Part shown: piece after piece, positions 58,965 through 64,000 of the stretch
Position numbering within the stretch: the stretch's first letter is position 1
Layout: each line of letters opens with the position of its first letter
NCBI GenBank assembly: GCA_038885755.1
Contig: JAVZZH010000003.1
Span: 32,001-96,000, forward strand
Length of the DNA: 64,000 nucleotides
Direction of reading: 5' to 3'
From: Candidatus Caldarchaeum sp.
Lineage (GTDB): Archaea; Thermoproteota; Nitrososphaeria_A; Caldarchaeales; Caldarchaeaceae
Program-made: the position numbers and the translations under genes
The notes under the pieces: model-generated
The model's database searches: none
Seen by the model: only the letters and a program-made list of their open reading frames with translations
Told to the model about the DNA's origin: nothing

Positions 58965-60431
58965 TCAGCCGTCCATTGCTTTTGTTTGAAGGAATCGTGC
59001 AAATGCATCCAAATCTACTGGTGCATGTCCTCCTCGTCTCCTGACCGCGGCCAGGTATTTGTACAGCTCGTCCCTGAAGTCTGGGTGGGCGCATCTTTCG
59101 ATTATAAGGCTCGCCCTGCTCAATGGCGACAGGCCCCGTAAGTCTGCCCATCCCTGTTCAGTTATAACGACGTCAACATCGTGGTCTGACACGTCGGTGT
59201 GAAGTGTGAAGGGCACTATCCTCGAAACCCTTCCGCTGGCTGCTGTTGATGGTAGGGCTACAATAGTCAGGTATGCTGCGCGTGTAAAGTCGCCGGAACC
59301 ACCCACACCGTTATGTATTTTCCCGTCTATGTGAGACACGTTTGTGTTGCCGTATAGATCGACTTCAAGAGCCTGTTGCACGCAGATGACTTGAAGCCTC
59401 GATATAACCTCCAAAGAGTTAGTTATCTCGTATGGTCTCACCACAATGTATGTGGAAAGTTTATCAAAGCTTTCGTAAAACTCGTTCCTAAACTTTTCCT
59501 CACCCTTCAAAGTGTATAAGCAGGCCGTGCTCATGCCGTTGACCTTTTCCGGAATAGTTAACGCCCACTTCACTGGAGCCACCTCGGTCCATACAGAGAC
59601 ATGCTTTTGCGGAAGCTCGTCAACAAACCTGCTTGCGAGGGGCCCTACCCCAGCCTGGATCACCATGTTCTCCCCCATTTCTGCAGAGCATTCTAGAAAC
59701 TCTATTATATTGCGTGCGATTTTTTCCTCAATCTTTGAAGGGGGCTGGTAAGCAGCTGCATACTCCTCCTCGGCCTCGCTGACCACTATAGATGCTATCT
59801 TCGACCTGGGAATCCTGAGGTGAGGTAGGCCTACACGGTCTCTCACATCCCGTATAGGGATCGGTGTACGTGGTTCTGGAACGTATATGTCGTGAACTCC
59901 GTGGAAAACTGGTTTCCGAACGTTTACCTCAACTATAACCATCTTAGCTGTGGTGACGATGGAGGGGATGCAGTCCAGCGAAAGCGAGGGTGTGATGTTG
60001 CCGTTTTCATCGATGTATGTAGCTTCTATAACCGCTATGTCTAAACCTCCACTAGGAATAACAGAACGTCTCACGAGCCGGCTGTACTCGGACAGCCAGC
60101 AGTCGGAAAATTCTATAATCCCCTGGTTAACCCTCTCCCTCATAACACCGCTTCCGGCTATGAGGTATCTTGTTCCTACGTTGGCCGCCGACATACACTC
60201 CTCAAAGCTGTTCGTGGTTGTCCCCGACACAAGAAGCGCTTTTATCTTAAGCCCTTCACCCTTTTCCTCAGATATCTCAGCTATGGCTTTAGGTATCTCT
60301 TTCGGCACAGCTGTTCCAGCCATTCCGGAGAACGCAACGCTTACACCGTCGTTGAAAAATTCTCTGACAGTGGTATACGCGTCCTTCACTTTGTTCCTCA
60401 ACTCTCTTTCTCTAATCCTGTCAAAAACCAT
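58965..60431 (-). CDS. Acetyl-CoA hydrolase / succinate-type family I CoA-transferase
   Basis: LDIAVIEA, ALEVDLYGNTN, NGVGGSGDF, TEQGWADLRG. Confidence 0.92.
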   Translation of the reverse strand: MVFDRIRERELRNKVKDAYTTVREFFNDGVSVAFSGMAGTAVPKEIPKAIAEISEEKGEGLKIKALLVSGTTTNSFEECMSAANVGTRYLIAGSGVMRERVNQGIIEFSDCWLSEYSRLVRRSVIPSGGLDIAVIEATYIDENGNITPSLSLDCIPSIVTTAKMVIVEVNVRKPVFHGVHDIYVPEPRTPIPIRDVRDRVGLPHLRIPRSKIASIVVSEAEEEYAAAYQPPSKIEEKIARNIIEFLECSAEMGENMVIQAGVGPLASRFVDELPQKHVSVWTEVAPVKWALTIPEKVNGMSTACLYTLKGEEKFRNEFYESFDKLSTYIVVRPYEITNSLEVISRLQVICVQQALEVDLYGNTNVSHIDGKIHNGVGGSGDFTRAAYLTIVALPSTAASGRVSRIVPFTLHTDVSDHDVDVVITEQGWADLRGLSPLSRASLIIERCAHPDFRDELYKYLAAVRRRGGHAPVDLDAFARFLQTKAMDG

Positions 60432-60814
60432 GGAACATTCTTGGTGGTGTTTTCTCCCATTTAAATAGGTTTTTACACATTACGATGGGCCTGTCAACCA
60501 AGCTTTCTTTCAGGTTTAAGAGGGGTGCTGTCAAACCAGTAGTATACGCCCTTCCGTTTGGGTTATAGGTAGTATGTTGAGGGCTATTGGTGGTTATCTC
60601 TTCTATGCTCTAGAAGCATGGGTTAAGTAGTGCCTTTCACTAGGGTTCAAACAAGCAACGTTAAACCCTCTTAAAAGGACCATAGTTACGGGGTCTGAAG
60701 AGACAGTCCACGGTCCCAAGCTGCTTAAGCGTAATAGATTAAGGGCGGAAGGTTAAGAACCCCAACCTACTCACATTAAACAACCAGACGATAAAGAGCA
60801 GGAAGTGGTTAAAC

Positions 60815-61967
60815 ATGCTTATCTGGACATCCTCGTTGTTAAGAGGGAAATGCTCTTTCGCAGCCCTTTCACAACAGCCCTTGCTACCCTTAGTCAGCTC
60901 TGAACTTGGGCTGACTGCCGGCGGAGCAGGCCTGCTAATGTTTATGCTTTATCTAACTACGGCAGTAGCAGCACCCCCATCCGGATTTCTAACCGATAGA
61001 GTCAGGATGAAGTTTCTCGTGCCATTTTCAACCTGCATGCTTTCGTTAGTTTAGTGCTGCTGGCTTTCGTAAAAGATTTCCCTACCGCGGTTGCCGCCGT
61101 GTTAATCATGGGCATCGGTTATTCTATTTCCGGGCCTCTCAGCACTAAGATGGTTGCAATAAATTTTAAAAATAAGGAGAGAGCAACAGCTATAGGGTTT
61201 AAGCAGAGGGGGACGTCAAGCGGTAGCACTCTAGCAGCTCTAACTCTGCCGTCCATAGCTGTCGTTGCACAAAGTAGCTCAGCATTCATAGCGGTGATTG
61301 CTGCAGCAGCTATGCCGTTTATTCTTGTGAACTACGTACGTGCCAACAACCACGGGAGAGCTGAAGGTGAAAGTTATATGCTCAGAGCCGTGTTTGAATA
61401 AAGGAATATTTTCTTCCTGCTGAGCTCGTTTGGTTTAGGCTTTTCCATGTTCGTTATGTTGACACACTTACCTCTCTTTCTTACACATGATGTAGGTTTG
61501 AGCGTAGTCCAAACCGGATTCATGCTGGCCTTGGTTCAGTTTTTCAGCATTTTGGGTAGAATAGGTCTAGGTGTTTTAGCCGATAGGTTTTTCAGAAGAA
61601 CACGCATAGTGGTTCTCTTGCTGGTAGGCTTTATTGCCGCAATAGCTTCAACTGTTTTTCTTTTTCTGTTAAGCCTGAGATATGGATGGCTGTGGCTACG
61701 ATTGCCTTTCTCGGTTTCTTTCTCTTCAGAGCTATCGCTGTGGTGTTCACGGTTGGAGCAGAGCATGTCGGCACAACAAGCGGAATGACCTACTTTACCC
61801 TAGCTTTTGGGAATGCAGCCGACCCATTGGCATTCGGCCACGTTGCAGACATCGTAGGCCGCTGGGTTGCATGGCTGTTGTATGTGTTAGCGGTTTACCT
61901 CAGCTCCCTGGCCCTCTTTTTCGCATGGCTGTATCAGACAAAGCCTAGCATGCGATTTTCAACATAG
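60815..61967 (+). pseudogene. MFS transporter pseudogene split into four fragments
   Basis: Consecutive hydrophobic ORFs with MFS motifs SGFLTDR, ERATAIG, GVLADRF separated by stops and frameshifts. Confidence 0.8.
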
Positions 61968-62218
61968 CCTTAAAGCAGATATCTGGCTAATAGAGCGGGA
62001 CCTCTGTTATCTCTTCAGCAGGCCACTTGCTTATAACTTCATAACCAGGTTTGGTGATTATTATCATGTCCTCTATTCTTACACCGTATCTGCCGTCAGA
62101 AGCGCAGCCGAGGGTTTCAAGGGCGATGGCCATGTTGGTCGGCCTCACTTGTCAGGACTATTTTGAACCCTTCACCCGTCGTATGGTTGACATGTTGTTC
62201 TATCAATTTTCTTACTTA

Positions 62219-63127
62219 CTAGACATGTTTAGATATTTTTTCGTTCGCCAGCTTCCCGTAAGTGATCGCCACCGCCATTATATCAAAATCCCTCATACCC
62301 ATATGAGCTGTAGCTGTGAAGAGGTCTTTTGCCAGCGAACCTAATGGTGTCGGCACCTCTACATCCCTAGCTACCTCCATGGCCAGCCTCAAATCTTTAA
62401 CGGCGAGTTCTATGGTGGCGACTGGGCTCCATTCATCATCTATTATTTTCTGGGCCTTGTACTCCGTGACATAATTCTTGAAGACGGTGTTGTTGAATAC
62501 TTCGGTGAGTGTTTTGGGGTTGACGCCGAGCCTCGATGCTAGCACCACACATTCGGAGAACCCGGCCATGTTTATCCATAGATGGAGGTTGAGTATCAGC
62601 TTGATGGCTGTTCCAGCGCCTATATCACCCACATGAAGAATCTTCTGGCTAGTGGTCTGGAGGATAGGTGAGACGGCTTCAACTGACTCCTTCCTACCTG
62701 CAGCCAGTATGGTGAGCTTGGCCTGTTCAGCGATGAAGGCCCCACCAACAACCGGAGCCTCGACAAAGTCGCCACCCTTGGATCTGACCTTCTCAGCTAT
62801 CCTGCGGGCGACTAATGGATGATTGGTGCTCATATCCACAACGATCTTACCAGGTCCAACGCCGTCAAGAACAGATAGTCCCTTCATGTCTCCAGCCCCG
62901 GTCAACACGTTCTCAGTAACAGCGGGATCTGTCAGCATGCTTATCACGATAGGACATCTTTCCGCCACATCGCTCGGAGACTCAGCTACAACAGCACCAA
63001 ACTTAGCGAGTTCCTCAGCTTTGGAACGTGTTCTATTCCACACTATCAGTGGAAACCCACCCTTCAATATATTCCGGGCTATGCGGCCGCCCATCCGGCC
63101 CAACCCTATAAAACCTACATCAGGCAA
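62219..63127 (-). CDS. Beta-hydroxyacid dehydrogenase (3-hydroxyisobutyrate dehydrogenase/tartronate semialdehyde reductase family)
   Basis: GFIGLGRMG, DMST, FVEAPVVGG, GAGTAIK, KDL. Confidence 0.92.
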   Translation of the reverse strand: MPDVGFIGLGRMGGRIARNILKGGFPLIVWNRTRSKAEELAKFGAVVAESPSDVAERCPIVISMLTDPAVTENVLTGAGDMKGLSVLDGVGPGKIVVDMSTNHPLVARRIAEKVRSKGGDFVEAPVVGGAFIAEQAKLTILAAGRKESVEAVSPILQTTSQKILHVGDIGAGTAIKLILNLHLWINMAGFSECVVLASRLGVNPKTLTEVFNNTVFKNYVTEYKAQKIIDDEWSPVATIELAVKDLRLAMEVARDVEVPTPLGSLAKDLFTATAHMGMRDFDIMAVAITYGKLANEKISKHV

Positions 63128-63183
63128 AACTGTTCAACCGGGTAGGCAGCTAGGTGTTTTTTAAACTTTCCACAACCATGTCC

Positions 63184-63533
63184 GGTAATGTCCGGATAAG
63201 CGTTTCCTGTTCTTAGTGTTTGGTGGTGTATAGTTTTCTCATCCCCTGTGCGTGGCTTGTGGCGCTGGGCTTGCCGTGGAGTACAGCCTTCCTCTCCTGA
63301 AGAGCCTCTCAACCCTGTTCCTAATACCGGGCCTCTGGTGTTCATACTCTATCCCAAGCCTCTGCAGAGCCCATGGATACCATGCACCCCTCCTACAGCC
63401 ACCGTGAAACATATACCCAAGAACCGCTAAAACCTCAACCCCACGGCTTTTTCGCTAGGCTTAAAACAACCCGAAGCAACATCCACACAGATAACATCCC
63501 GCCTCTAAACACACCTCTTATCAGGACACTATC
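63184..63533 (-). mobile_element. 350-bp non-autonomous IS6-family derivative with 17-bp TIRs and 8-bp TSD
   Basis: GGTAATGTCCGGATAAG (63184) vs reverse complement of CTTATCAGGACACTATC (63517-63533), 14/17; flanks CCATGTCC / CTATGTCC; internal RGAWYPWALQRLGIEYEHQRPGIRNRVERLFR. Confidence 0.85.
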
Positions 63534-63568
63534 CTATGTCCAGCGCAAAAGGACCAATAAAACCAGCT

Positions 63569-63766
63569 TCATAGCTGCTTTTTGATGATGTGTTGGCCTC
63601 GCTCAAACAGCTTATTTATCAAGCCAACATGCTCAAAGTTCACAATACGTAGGTAAAGAACATGGGCCAGCATAGCTATTGTTACCATCAAACCCATCAC
63701 GACATACCGAACTCCTATGCTTGCGACTAACACGGACATTATTCTGGCTATTGCGTCGGCGCCCAA
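63569..63766 (-). pseudogene. C-terminal fragment of a MarC-family membrane protein
   Basis: GADAIARIMSVLVASIGVRYVVMG matches the MarC last-helix pattern; the N-terminal part is missing. Confidence 0.55.
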
Positions 63767-64000
63767 TATGAATGAGACCCCGCCGGATGTCTCAATATCT
63801 CTATTAAAATACTGGCCTACTGTGTTTCATGCAAGTCGCTCTGTGGCCGTGGTAGTTGCTTCAGCCGGAAACTCATGTAGGGGTTTGTATGGTCTGGCGG
63901 TTAAGACTGTTGGCTTGCCTTGGTGGGCTGCCACAGAATATGTAATGAGCGTTAAAAATAGGGAGGGGCTGGCTCGGAACACCAGAAGGATGATGTCAAC

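Noticed and set aside
1-64000. CRISPR array, cas core genes, tRNA and rRNA
   Set aside because: No regularly spaced repeats, cloverleaf-compatible segments or rRNA-like tracts were seen by eye; intergenic spaces are mostly too short
63827-64000. Open minus-strand frame at the window end
   Set aside because: Too short and truncated to assign

Overview
Gene-dense archaeal chromosome segment. Gene content, mostly leaderless starts with TATA boxes about 25 nt upstream, and ribosomal/Spt5/SecE order suggest a thermophilic TACK archaeon, probably Aigarchaeota/Caldiarchaeum-like (inference). About 0-54.7 kb is mostly core genes: srp54-pus10-rpl21e-rpo4, rpl12/alaS/rpl10/rpl1/rpl11/spt5/secE, thrS, thermosome, rpo6, ilvD, tmk. 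About 54.7-64 kb is a visibly more AT-rich accessory region with an acyl-CoA catabolic cluster, pseudogenes and IS6-family remnants, one keeping terminal inverted repeats and an 8-bp target duplication. No rRNA, tRNA or CRISPR array was seen. Most interesting: (1) Spt5 with a ~150-aa beta-sandwich-like domain inserted in its NGN domain; (2) an ArsR-HTH/ATP-cone/degenerate class III RNR fusion that may be a nucleotide-sensing regulator; (3) an orphan divergent Csx1 + Crn1-like ring nuclease pair, the latter broken by one TAG; (4) a presenilin-like protease / KaiC-like ATPase / dead-KaiC-V4R cluster; (5) a CdrS/aCcr1-like RHH gene with an inverted repeat over its own TATA box. All family calls come from motif recognition by eye, not database searches.
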